From the sequence record OR805293.1: a DNA stretch of 64,000 bases. One strand, given 5' to 3'. Below, in pieces: positions 54,709 to 64,000 of the stretch. Positions within the stretch are counted from its first letter, which is position 1; each line of letters starts with the position of its first letter. The notes under the pieces are model-generated. The model was given only the letters and a program-made list of their open reading frames with translations, was not told where the DNA came from and did not search any database. The position numbers were made by a program, and so were the translations under genes.

Positions 54709-56424
54709 ATGTCTAGTTGGAAAAAACATTTTAAGCCTGCATCAAATTCAGCGCTGCCTATACAAACTAAAAATACATCTGGTTATGCTTCTGCTGTTTC
54801 AAAATATAACACATGGCTTCCTGAAGTTTATATGGGTCCGCCTAATAGATTGGAGCGGTACATTCAATATGAACAAATGGATCTAGATCACGAAGTAAAC
54901 ACTGCATTAGATACTATAGCAGAGTTTTCCACACAACCAGACGGTGTAACCGGGTTGCCATTAAATATAAAATTTACAGAAGAACCTACTGAAACAGAAT
55001 TAAAAATTTTAACAAAAAGCTTAAAAAGATGGATACATCTTAATAAGTTTGAAGATAGGCTTTTCGGTATTTTTAGATCTACAATAATGTATGGAGATCA
55101 ATTCTTTATAAGAGATCCGGAAACTTACGAATTATATTGGGTAGACCCGCACAAAGTAGAAAAAATAATTGTTAACGAAAGTAAAGGAAAAGAAATAGAG
55201 ACCTATTTCATTAAAGATGTCGATTTAAATACTGCAGAGTTAGTAGGATCTAATGTAACTAATAAAATACAAATAGGATACGGAAACACAGCATCTGCTT
55301 TCCCCCAAGCAACTATGGGAATAAATCCTGCAGGACCATACGCATCTGCAAATAATCCTAGTCAGAATGGCTCGTTAGCTAACAGCGAAGCTATGCCGAT
55401 AAATGCAAAGCATATAGTTCATTTTTCTATGACGGAAGGTATGAATTCTGCGTGGCCATTTGGTACTAGTGAATTAGAAACTATATTTAAAGTATATAAG
55501 CAAAAAGAAATGCTTGAAGATGCAATGCTTATATATAGAATTCATCGCGCACCAGAAAGACGTGTGTTCATTATTGACACAGGTAACTTACCTCCTAACA
55601 AAGCTCAGCAAGTGTTAGAGCGCGTTAAATATGAAGTACAACAAAAAAGGATTCCTAATAAAACTGGCGGCGGAAGTAATATTCTAGACTCGTCATATAA
55701 CCCTCTTTCTACTCTTGAAGATTATTATTTTGCTCAGTCAGCAGACGGCAGAGGATCGAAAGTAGATGTTTTACCGGGAGGTTCTAATCTAGGCGAAATA
55801 GATGATATGCGTTATTTTAATAATAAAATGATGCGTGCGTTAGGAGTTCCTAGTTCGTATCTGCCTACAGGACCTGATGATGGTACAGCAGGGTATAATG
55901 ACGGAAGAGTAGGAACTGCATATATACAAGAATTTAGATTTAGTGAAAGATGCAAAAGACATCAACGTCAAATAGTAAAAACATTAGATAAAGAATTTAA
56001 ACTATATCTTAAGTTTAGTGGTATTACTATAGACAATAGTATATTCAATATAACATTTGTAGAGCCACAAAATTTTGCTAAATATCGACAAATAGATATG
56101 GATTCTGCTCAAGTTGCAGTTTTCAATGGGATTGCTGATGTCCCCTACATAAGTAAGCGGTTTGCATTAAAACGTTATTTAGGTTGGGGAGAAGCTGAAA
56201 TTCTAGAAAACGAAAAGATGTATGCAGAAGAACAGAGTCTTAAAAACAAACGTGGTAAAAAAGCTGATGCTGGTATGAGGCAAGTGGGTATTTCGCCAGC
56301 AGCGCTAGCTGGTGTCGGGGAGTTTGATACTAGTGCAGTTAGTGATAGTTCTGACTTCGGTGATGACGATATAGTCGATGATATCGATTTAGATCAAACA
56401 GTAGAAGACTTTGGGAAAGAATAA
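54709..56424 (+). CDS. gp20: Portal protein gp20
   Basis: ED.M.IYRI.RAPERRVF.ID.GNLP..KA.Q; LEDY.FAQ..DGRGSKVD.LPGG.NLGEI.D..YF..K..RAL.VP.S. Confidence 0.96.
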   Translation: MSSWKKHFKPASNSALPIQTKNTSGYASAVSKYNTWLPEVYMGPPNRLERYIQYEQMDLDHEVNTALDTIAEFSTQPDGVTGLPLNIKFTEEPTETELKILTKSLKRWIHLNKFEDRLFGIFRSTIMYGDQFFIRDPETYELYWVDPHKVEKIIVNESKGKEIETYFIKDVDLNTAELVGSNVTNKIQIGYGNTASAFPQATMGINPAGPYASANNPSQNGSLANSEAMPINAKHIVHFSMTEGMNSAWPFGTSELETIFKVYKQKEMLEDAMLIYRIHRAPERRVFIIDTGNLPPNKAQQVLERVKYEVQQKRIPNKTGGGSNILDSSYNPLSTLEDYYFAQSADGRGSKVDVLPGGSNLGEIDDMRYFNNKMMRALGVPSSYLPTGPDDGTAGYNDGRVGTAYIQEFRFSERCKRHQRQIVKTLDKEFKLYLKFSGITIDNSIFNITFVEPQNFAKYRQIDMDSAQVAVFNGIADVPYISKRFALKRYLGWGEAEILENEKMYAEEQSLKNKRGKKADAGMRQVGISPAALAGVGEFDTSAVSDSSDFGDDDIVDDIDLDQTVEDFGKE

Positions 56425-56645
56425 TGAAAATAAACGATATTATAACAGAAGGTTATTATAATCCTGCAGACGATTCTAGTGCAATTGCACATAAGTCAGA
56501 CACACGTAGACCTAGACTAACATTTTCTCATTTAAATAAGCTTAGAAAAATGAGAGAATTGCGTAAAGTAGAAACAGAAGAACATTTAGTGTTAGTTAGA
56601 CAAATGTATAGCCAACCGATACAATCGGACGATGCATTTGGATAA
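56424..56645 (+). CDS. Conserved small head-cluster protein (73 aa)
   Basis: DTR.PRLT..HLNKLRK.RE.R pattern; between portal and core genes. Confidence 0.75.
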   Translation: MKINDIITEGYYNPADDSSAIAHKSDTRRPRLTFSHLNKLRKMRELRKVETEEHLVLVRQMYSQPIQSDDAFG

Positions 56646-56750
56646 AATTTCTAAAAATGTTAGTTTTTGGGGCATAAATGCCCCTTTTTTAATATTAAGT
56701 GTAAATACCGATATAAATAATATACAACGTTTTCCTAAAGGAGTAAAAAC

Positions 56751-57563
56751 ATGTCTCATCGTAAGGAACTAGAAAAAGTTCTAGATCTTCTACTAAATGA
56801 AAATGCAGAACAAGCTTCGGCTTTATTACATCAAATTGTTGTAGCTAAAGCTCGTGATATTTACGAACAAGAATCTGCAGATTTTGAAGAAGATTTTGTA
56901 AATGAAGAAGTAGGTGGCGACAGCCGCGAATCGTTTATTGACGACATTAAATCTGACGAAGAAGAAATTGATGCAGATGAAATGTTTGATGATCAGTCTA
57001 GCGAATTAAATTCTGAAGATGAAGAAGAAGCTGATGCTGATCAAGATATAGAAGATAAAGTAGAAGATCTAGAAGCTCAATTAGCTGCATTAAAAGCAGA
57101 ATTTGAAACTCTAGTAAGTCAAGAGGAAGATGAACCGTATCATCCTAATTTAGAACAAGATTTAGATGATGCTGCTGCTGATGCCTTAGAAAAATTTGAA
57201 AGTTTAGAAGAAGCAACTAAGTTTAGTGATTCTGTAAACGTAGATATGAAACAAGAAGGTAAATTAGCAGGAACAGGTAATAAAAGTAAAACTGGTTCTG
57301 TAGATAAAGAATCACCTTTTAGTAAACCTACTCAAAAGAAAAATTACGGAGTAGATCCTGTCAAATTTGCTAAATCTACTAATCAAGGCGCTGAAGCTTC
57401 AAAAAAAGCAGACGAATCGTGTGATTTGAATACAGAAGCTACTCCTGAAAAAGTTAGCGATCCTGCAATGAAACAAGAAGGTAAATTAGCAGGAACAGGT
57501 AATAAAAGTAAAACTGGTTCTGTAGATAAAGAATCACCCCTATCTAAAGCACCTAAGAAGTAA
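56751..57563 (+). CDS. Acidic prohead core protein (gp67/68-position)
   Basis: Very acidic; late promoter TATAAATA at 56712-56719; internal 71-bp duplication. Confidence 0.75.
   Translation: MSHRKELEKVLDLLLNENAEQASALLHQIVVAKARDIYEQESADFEEDFVNEEVGGDSRESFIDDIKSDEEEIDADEMFDDQSSELNSEDEEEADADQDIEDKVEDLEAQLAALKAEFETLVSQEEDEPYHPNLEQDLDDAAADALEKFESLEEATKFSDSVNVDMKQEGKLAGTGNKSKTGSVDKESPFSKPTQKKNYGVDPVKFAKSTNQGAEASKKADESCDLNTEATPEKVSDPAMKQEGKLAGTGNKSKTGSVDKESPLSKAPKK
57246..57538 (+). repeat. Exact 71-bp direct repeat within the core protein gene
   Basis: 57246-57316 equals 57468-57538, encoding MKQEGKLAGTGNKSKTGSVDKES(P). Confidence 0.9.
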
Positions 57564-57581
57564 TTTAGGATAAGTATAAGT

Positions 57582-58214
57582 ATGGCTAGACAGCTTTACG
57601 AATATATGTCCCAATCTAAGGGATCGATAATAATAGAACACGGCACCGGACCTGACGGTGCCCGTGATCTATTTATGCGCGGAATATTTATTCAAGGTGA
57701 TGTAAAAAATCATAATCAGCGCATCTATCCCCTACATGAAATATCTCATGCAGTTGAATCAGTAAAAGCAAAAATACAGGAAGGGTTTTCTGTTTTAGGA
57801 GAACTCGATCATCCAGAAGAATTAACTATTAATTTAGACAGAGTGTCTCATATAATCACAGAAATGTGGATGGAAGGCAACTGCGGCTACGGCAAATTAA
57901 AATTATTAGATACTCCTACTGGAATTATTGCTAAAAGCTTATTAACTGCCGGAGCCAAATTGGGCGTAAGTTCTCGCGGCTCAGGTAATGTAGGTTATGA
58001 CGGTGTAGTGAGCGACTTTGATATTGTAACAGTTGACATTGTTGCACAACCGAGCGCGCCTAATGCATATCCTAAACCTATATATGAAAGTTTATACAAC
58101 ATGAAAGGCGGCGAAATCATTATGGATTTAGCCCGTAACACACCACAGGATCCTAGTGCAGATAAATATCTCAGTAGGGAAATAATAAAACTTATATCCG
58201 AATTGAAAAAATAG
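57582..58214 (+). CDS. gp21: Prohead protease gp21
   Basis: GIFIQG..KNHNQRIYP; LGELDHP; VSH.IT; LGVSSRG.G; DIVAQPSAP.AY. Confidence 0.96.
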   Translation: MARQLYEYMSQSKGSIIIEHGTGPDGARDLFMRGIFIQGDVKNHNQRIYPLHEISHAVESVKAKIQEGFSVLGELDHPEELTINLDRVSHIITEMWMEGNCGYGKLKLLDTPTGIIAKSLLTAGAKLGVSSRGSGNVGYDGVVSDFDIVTVDIVAQPSAPNAYPKPIYESLYNMKGGEIIMDLARNTPQDPSADKYLSREIIKLISELKK

Positions 58215-58226
58215 TAGGAGATTTAA

Positions 58227-59333
58227 ATGACAGTGAAGTTCGAACATATCCTAAACGAACAAACTTCTTTAAGTGCAGAAGTAAAATCTGCTATTACAGA
58301 AGCATGGGAAGCTCGTATAGGACAAGTAAAAGAAGAACTCACTGCTGAGCTTCGTGAAGAATTTGCTCGTAAGTTTGCACACGACAAAGAACAACTTGTC
58401 GAAGCAATGGACAAATTCTTAGAAGAAAAAATCCGCAGTGAAATCGAAGAATTTGCTCAAGACAAACGAGAACTAGCTGCCGAACGAGTTCAAGCTAAAA
58501 TGCAAGTAAAAGAACATATCGAAATGCTCGATAAGTTCTTAATAGATGCAGTTTCTAAAGAAGTCAAAGAACTTCGTGAAGATCGCCGTGCAATTAAAGG
58601 CAATCTAGAGAAACTAGAAGAGTTTGCACTCACTAATCTTGCAACCGAAGTTAAAGAGCTTCGGGAAGAAAAGCAAGCATTAGTTCGTCAGAAAGTTAAA
58701 TTAATTAGTGAAGCAAAAAAACAACTAGCAGAAACTAAAAAGCAGTTCATAAAGAAAGCGTCGCAAATAGTAGACACAAACATTAATAGCGTATTGCAAG
58801 AAGAAATAAAGCAATATAAAGAAGATATTGATGCTGCTCGTCGAAATGACTTTGGACGTCGTTTATTTGAAGCTTTTGCTGCAGAGTACATGACTTCGCA
58901 TCTAAACGAAGGTAGTGAACTTAAGAAACTCAAAAATATTCTTATACAAAAAGAAGAAGCCCTTAATGAAGCTTTATCTCATGTAGAAGAACGTGAAGCA
59001 CTTGCAGAAAATCTACGCACTCGCATTTCTGTATTAGAAGAGCGTGTTAAACGTAGCTCTGTAATGTCTGAATTGTTAGCTCCGCTAAATAAAGAAAAGC
59101 GTAGTGTAATGCAAGATCTTTTAGAGTCTGTAAAAACAGAACATTTAAAAGTTGCATATAACAAATATTTGCCAGCAGTGCTAGATTGTAGTGCAGCACC
59201 GGCAAGTAAAAAAGAAGCTCTAACTGAGTCAGCAAGAGCTGTAAAAACTGGTAACAGGGCGTCTAGCGTTGCCCAGCAAGATGACTCATCTGTAGGCGTT
59301 GAAGAATTAAGACGCCTAGCAGGCATTAAGTAA
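58227..59333 (+). CDS. gp22: Prohead core scaffold protein gp22
   Basis: Coiled coil between protease and capsid genes; FGR.LFEAF..EY pattern. Confidence 0.85.
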   Translation: MTVKFEHILNEQTSLSAEVKSAITEAWEARIGQVKEELTAELREEFARKFAHDKEQLVEAMDKFLEEKIRSEIEEFAQDKRELAAERVQAKMQVKEHIEMLDKFLIDAVSKEVKELREDRRAIKGNLEKLEEFALTNLATEVKELREEKQALVRQKVKLISEAKKQLAETKKQFIKKASQIVDTNINSVLQEEIKQYKEDIDAARRNDFGRRLFEAFAAEYMTSHLNEGSELKKLKNILIQKEEALNEALSHVEEREALAENLRTRISVLEERVKRSSVMSELLAPLNKEKRSVMQDLLESVKTEHLKVAYNKYLPAVLDCSAAPASKKEALTESARAVKTGNRASSVAQQDDSSVGVEELRRLAGIK

Positions 59334-59352
59334 TTAGGAGAATAACTTAAAA

Positions 59353-60540
59353 ATGTCTAATCGTCTATTTGAAAGCAACTGGGCTGCTACTAAAAGCGCC
59401 CTCACTGAAGGTCTAAAAGGTCAACGTAAGTCGACCATGGACGCAGTAATGGAAAACACTAAGCGTTTCTTAGTTGAAAATGCTTCCGCCGGTGCTACCC
59501 AAGCCGGTAACATAGCTACTATCAACAAAGTGATGCTACCCCTAATCCGTCGTGTTATGCCTTCCGTTATTGCTAACGAAATTATGGGTGTACAGCCTAT
59601 GACTGGTCCCGTAGGTCAGATACATACCCTACGTGTTCGTTATGCTGATACTGCATCTGGTGTTCAAGCTGGTACTGAAGCACTAAGCCCGTTCGATATT
59701 GCAAAAGCATATTCCGGTAACGAAGCTTTAAACAACAGCACTAACCCAGTTCCAGGCGCTGCCAACACTTCTCGTATGGAAGGTTTTGCTGGTAATCGCA
59801 TGAACATTCAAATTCTAAAAGAAACCGTAGAAGCACGTACTCGTCGTCTAAGCGCTCGCTGGACCTTCGAATCTGCACAGGATGCTAACGCTCTTCACGG
59901 TATAGATATAGAAGCTGAAATCATGCAAGCTTTAGCTCAAGAAATTACCGTCGAAATCGACCAAGAAATGCTAAATCGTCTACGTATTTTAGCTGGTCCG
60001 GCTCCTGTAACTTATAACCAAGCTGCTGTATCTGGTACTGCTACTTATGTTGGTGATGAACATGCTGCATTAGCTGTAATGATCAACCAACAGGCTAACT
60101 TAGTTGCTGCTCGTACTCGTCGCGGCGCTGCTAACTGGGCTGTTATTTCGCCTAACGCACTAACTGTTCTACAGTCTGCAACTACTTCGACTTTTGCTCG
60201 TACTACTGAAGGTGTATTTGAAGCGCCTACTAACGTTAAATTCGCAGGTACCTTAAACGGAACTATGCGCATTTATGTAGATACTTATGCTGCTGAAGAT
60301 GAAAAAGTTTTAATCGGTTATAAAGGTTCGACCGAAACTGATGCTGCTGCATTCTTCTGCCCGTATATTCCGTTAATGAGCACTGGTCCGGTAATTGATC
60401 CTACTACTTTCGAGCCTGTAGTATCATTTATGTCTAGATACGGTTACTTAGAACTCACCAATACTGCTAACTCGCTAGGTAACGGTGCTGACTATCTAAG
60501 TTCGATTGCTATAGATGCATCCACTCTTAAATTCTTCTAA
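59353..60540 (+). CDS. gp23: Major capsid protein gp23
   Basis: LPLIRRVMP..IA.EI.GVQPMTGPVGQI..LR; A.TR.LSARWT.E.AQD....HGID.E.E; FCPYIPL; SRYG. Confidence 0.98.
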   Translation: MSNRLFESNWAATKSALTEGLKGQRKSTMDAVMENTKRFLVENASAGATQAGNIATINKVMLPLIRRVMPSVIANEIMGVQPMTGPVGQIHTLRVRYADTASGVQAGTEALSPFDIAKAYSGNEALNNSTNPVPGAANTSRMEGFAGNRMNIQILKETVEARTRRLSARWTFESAQDANALHGIDIEAEIMQALAQEITVEIDQEMLNRLRILAGPAPVTYNQAAVSGTATYVGDEHAALAVMINQQANLVAARTRRGAANWAVISPNALTVLQSATTSTFARTTEGVFEAPTNVKFAGTLNGTMRIYVDTYAAEDEKVLIGYKGSTETDAAAFFCPYIPLMSTGPVIDPTTFEPVVSFMSRYGYLELTNTANSLGNGADYLSSIAIDASTLKFF

Positions 60541-60576
60541 TAATAACAAGTATAACTTGTTATTCGAAGAATACCA

Positions 60577-60608
60577 AAAAAAGTGTAGTAGAAATACTAC
60601 ACTTTTTT
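60577..60608 (+). terminator. Terminator after gp23
   Basis: aaaaaagtgtagta-gaaa-tactacactttttt (14-bp stem). Confidence 0.92.
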
Positions 60609-60658
60609 ATTGACTAGAAAAAAATAATTTGTTAGTATTATAAAAAACTATTTTATAT

Positions 60659-62236
60659 ATGTCAGACTTAATAATACAAATAAAAGAATTGATAAAAAGT
60701 AAACCAAAACATTTCAGTGTTTTGATTAAAAAAGATTTAAAATTAGCAGAGTTTGTAGAGCAACACTGCACTAATCCCTCTAATACTGTGTATGCTGCTA
60801 AAGTGTATACTGCTATAACCGGCGAAAAAGAAGAATGCAAATACGGAAACACAAAAAAATTTAATTCAATAAATGATGGGTTTAGATTTTGTGGTACTGC
60901 ATCCTCGTGCAAGTGTTGTAAAGAAAGTGTATCTAATAACTTAGTGCAATCAAAAAAGATAGAAAATAAAGAAATATCAAAGAAAAAGCGTGAAAAAACT
61001 AATCTAAAAAAATACGGAGTATCAAATACTGGGCAATCTGCTATTGCTCTACAAAATCATGCAAAATTTTACGAAAATAAACAAAATGTAGACAAAGTAA
61101 CGTCTAAGATAAAGCACACTAAGTCAATAAAATACGGTAACAAAAATTTTAATGGTAATAAATGGTATTCTAAAATATCGGAAAAACTAAAAGAAAATAA
61201 CTTATCTTTTACTATACAAGAACATGAATATAAGGGTATGGCAGAAACATATTGCATAAAATGTGGAACCTGTAATACCACTTTTATGTCTAAGGTTAGA
61301 TATAGTAGTATACCGACTTGTGCAATATGTATGCCAGAATTGACAGTATGTAATTCAACACAAGAACAAGAATTATTTAATTTTATAAGACAACATTATT
61401 CTGGCGAAATAATAACTGGATCTAGAAAAATATTAGATTCTGGAAAAAGTTTAGATATATACCTTCCTGAAAAAAATCTTGCGATAGAATATAATGGTCT
61501 TTATTGGCATGTAATAGATAACGATCGTTTACCGCACATAACCAAAACGTATCATTATGACAAATATATAGGTTGTAAAGAAAAGGGAATATCGTTAATT
61601 ACTATATATGGACATTTGTATAACTCTAAAAAAACTATAATAGAAAGCAGATTACTTCATAAATTAGGCTATACACAAGAAACAGTATATGCTAGAAAAT
61701 GTATTATTAAAGATGTGCCTTCTGCAGAAGAAAAAGAATTTTTGAATAAAACGCATATACAAGGTTATGTTCCGTCATCTATAAAATACGGATTGTATTT
61801 TAATGATGTACTAGTTGCATTAATGAGTTTTATAAAGTCATCTAACAGAAACATTTCGGGAAATAACAGATACGACTACGAATTGCTTAGATATGCAACA
61901 TCTTGTTCTGTACTAGGCGGCGCATCTAAATTGTTTTCTCATTTTGTAAAGAATAATATTCCTAATTCTATAGTTTCATATTCACAAAATGAATGGAATA
62001 CAGGCAATGTTTACCGTATATTAGGATTCAAACAAGAACCTAAAATAAACATAGGTTATTGGTATGTAAGTCCGGATTTTTGTAAAGTATATCATAGGAC
62101 TAATTATACTAAAAAGAAATTAATAGAACACGGTTTTAATTCAAATAAGTCAGAACACCAGATAATGGAAGAGCGTGGATTTAGACGACTATATGATTGT
62201 GGTAATACCAAATGGGTGTGGGAAAACAAAATATAA
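60659..62236 (+). mobile_element. Free-standing Hef-like homing endonuclease gene
   Basis: Cys-rich N-terminus; LDIYLPE..LAIEYNGLYWH (Vsr/DUF559-like); RKC.IK.V...FLN..HIQG...YEL.RYA...GGASKLF...DCG..KW.W; own promoter TTGACT-17-TAGTAT at 60610-60638. Confidence 0.8.
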
Positions 62237-62287
62237 GTTTTTAAAATACAGAGCTGTGTTATACTTTAAAAATAAAAGGGGTTTTTA

Positions 62288-62752
62288 GTGTCAGACATAG
62301 TTGATATACGTTTTGAGTTTGTAGGATACGATTCAGACATAAAATACATAAATAATTGCGAAAATAGTGGATGTTATGATGAAGGTATATGTCGTTGCGG
62401 ACATTTTGAAGATACAGATCTAAATGGTATACCAGATAATCCCGAATATATTTTTCCAACTAAAATGTCTGTATGGAGACGAGTAGGATATAATGGAAAA
62501 TATGATGATTACAAACATAGTTACTATGAAATTACTGAATCCGATAGAAAATATTTTGCAAAAATAATGCATTTTATCGGTTATACACTAGATTCTTTTT
62601 ATTTTGATATCGAATCGGGGTACTATGGCGAAGAAGGCGGAGATCTAGTACACGATAAACAGGGCTTGTTAAAATCTGCCATGATTGACATTTTAAACAG
62701 ACCCGACGAAGAAGACAGATTGGTGTATTTATTATCTAAAACTTGGGAATAA
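62288..62752 (+). CDS. Hypothetical protein with C..C..GICRC and GYYGEE motifs; paralog of the next gene
   Basis: GTG start after RBS AAGGGG; motifs shared with 62754..63452. Confidence 0.8.
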   Translation: MSDIVDIRFEFVGYDSDIKYINNCENSGCYDEGICRCGHFEDTDLNGIPDNPEYIFPTKMSVWRRVGYNGKYDDYKHSYYEITESDRKYFAKIMHFIGYTLDSFYFDIESGYYGEEGGDLVHDKQGLLKSAMIDILNRPDEEDRLVYLLSKTWE

Positions 62753-62753
62753 T

Positions 62754-63452
62754 ATGGATACATTCATTACATTTTATGGCAGATACTATGCAACTTTAGA
62801 TTACGAACTGCAACATAATTGTAATAACGATTGTATAGAAAGCGGCATATGCAGATGTTCTGTAATAACATCCCCTGTAGTGGTATCTATCAATAACTAT
62901 AAAGTGTATGATATGGTCGAGGTGTTAGTAAATAAACCCGATTTAAACGGAACACCTAGATGTGTTAGATATATGTATAGTCAAATAGAGCAATATTGTG
63001 TAGAAAGAATCATAACAAAACATAAAATTTTAGACGGTTCACTATATTATGTAACTGTCGAACGTGGTTATTACGGTGATGAAATAGGTGACATAATCCA
63101 TGAAAATGAACAAAATGCAATGGATGATATATTAACAATGATTTCATTAAAAACCGATATAGAAAAACTACATTATGTTTTAATGTTAGAATACGGGTAT
63201 ATTGCTCCTATAATTTCTGAGTGTAAAAACTTGGCTATTAAAAAAGTATGTATAACCGATATAGTTCCTACTATTGCATATAAAAGTATGGAACCTCAGC
63301 ATACCTATCATTTAGATGTATATGATGATATGATAATGGGTGTGCTAAAGGGAAATAAATTGATAGATGGTAATCATAGATATTCATTTTATATGAATAA
63401 AATGAAAGATAAAAACAAAGATAACTTTGTATATTATATAGAATTATCTTAA
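62754..63452 (+). CDS. Paralog of 62288..62752 with an extra ParB/Srx-like C-terminal segment
   Basis: GICRC, GYYGDEIGD..H and LIDGNHR motifs. Confidence 0.8.
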   Translation: MDTFITFYGRYYATLDYELQHNCNNDCIESGICRCSVITSPVVVSINNYKVYDMVEVLVNKPDLNGTPRCVRYMYSQIEQYCVERIITKHKILDGSLYYVTVERGYYGDEIGDIIHENEQNAMDDILTMISLKTDIEKLHYVLMLEYGYIAPIISECKNLAIKKVCITDIVPTIAYKSMEPQHTYHLDVYDDMIMGVLKGNKLIDGNHRYSFYMNKMKDKNKDNFVYYIELS

Positions 63453-63460
63453 AGGTATAT

Positions 63461-63766
63461 ATGAAAACAATAGGCGTTGATTATGATGACACTATATCAC
63501 AAGATGATAACGGATGGTTATCTGTATTACTTGCACTTGAGCATATTGGATACAGGGTTGTTATTGTTACTTACCGTAATCCTACCTGCTATCCAGAAGA
63601 TCTTCAATTTTTAATAGATAAAGGATATAAGGTATACTTTACAAGTCAACATGCTAAAAGAACGTATATGGAAAATCTTGGCATAGATATAGATATTTGG
63701 ATAGACGATAGTCCCGAATCTATATTATATAATTATGATTCATATTTAGGTAAGTATATAAAATAA
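63461..63766 (+). CDS. HAD-superfamily phosphatase (PseT 3'-phosphatase / nucleotidase-like)
   Basis: IGVDYDDTI (DxDxT), IVTYR, K, IWIDDSP motifs. Confidence 0.85.
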   Translation: MKTIGVDYDDTISQDDNGWLSVLLALEHIGYRVVIVTYRNPTCYPEDLQFLIDKGYKVYFTSQHAKRTYMENLGIDIDIWIDDSPESILYNYDSYLGKYIK

Positions 63767-63767
63767 A

Positions 63768-63788
63768 AAAGGAGCATTATGCTCCTTT
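63768..63788 (+). terminator. Terminator
   Basis: aaaggagca-tta-tgctccttt followed by a T-run. Confidence 0.85.
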
Positions 63789-63826
63789 TTTATTGATAAA
63801 TATATGCATCTTAAGGAATAAGGTGT

Positions 63827-64000
63827 ATGTCGAGTAAAATTAAATTCACGGATCAATATATCCTATCTAGTGTTGGGCAAACTTCTAATAATATAGTATA
63901 TTTGCAAGTAAATGATGATCAGCAATTAGTTGTTACTCATCCTATGTATGCAACTGAATGGTCTACATTAGGTGGGCTTAGAGTAACAGGTGATCAGTCT
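63827..64000 (+). CDS. 5' part of a late (probably virion) protein, truncated by the window edge
   Basis: Late promoter GATAAATA at 63795-63802; RBS AAGG; MSSKIKFTDQY...GGLRVTGDQS. Confidence 0.7.
   Translation, partial: MSSKIKFTDQYILSSVGQTSNNIVYLQVNDDQQLVVTHPMYATEWSTLGGLRVTGDQS

Noticed and set aside
1-64000. Alternative genetic code (stop-codon reassignment)
   Set aside because: Core genes (gp23, gp20, gp6, 3857-aa wedge) are full length in the standard code, and TAA, TAG and TGA all serve as stops.

Overview
This window is about 64 kb of an AT-rich (roughly 30% GC by eye) T4-like jumbo myophage genome. Gene content and order resemble the GAP32/Rak2/XacN1/PA5oct group. GC-rich, Pseudomonas-like genes in the left arm suggest a GC-rich gammaproteobacterial host; this is inference, not checked by search. 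The window has three zones. (1) 1-12.4 kb is an early or host-takeover arm of small genes in repeated cassettes (terminator, palindromic operator, sigma70 promoter, RBS, ORF). About 20 copies of a 10-1-10 palindrome (TGC-AAATnnrAAT-n-ATTCTTATTT-GCA) lie in the first 8.7 kb. It closely resembles the proteobacterial Fur box, so the arm could be a phage-borne Fur decoy, anti-silencing or iron-sensing array. The arm also holds a candidate ~155-nt sRNA complementary to the phage's own early RBS motif. (2) 12.5-17.9 kb has two oppositely skewed repeat arrays and runs of overlapping, very AT-rich mini-ORFs. (3) 17.9-64 kb is the T4-like core: baseplate and tail genes on the minus strand (gp10-like, gp8-like, a 3857-aa wedge protein, gp6, gp25, gp5, hub, gp53, tube-like protein), then gp55, gp47, gp46, a ParB-like protein and a resolvase. 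After these come a ~1.5-kb ORF-free region with a perfect sigma70 promoter, many hairpins and a palindrome cluster (large ncRNA and/or origin), gp26 with an apparent programmed -1 frameshift into a start-less gp51-like frame, and tape measure, portal, core, protease, scaffold and major capsid genes. The window ends with a Hef-like homing endonuclease and small accessory genes. No tRNA, rRNA, CRISPR array or reverse transcriptase was recognised. All motif counts were made by eye.
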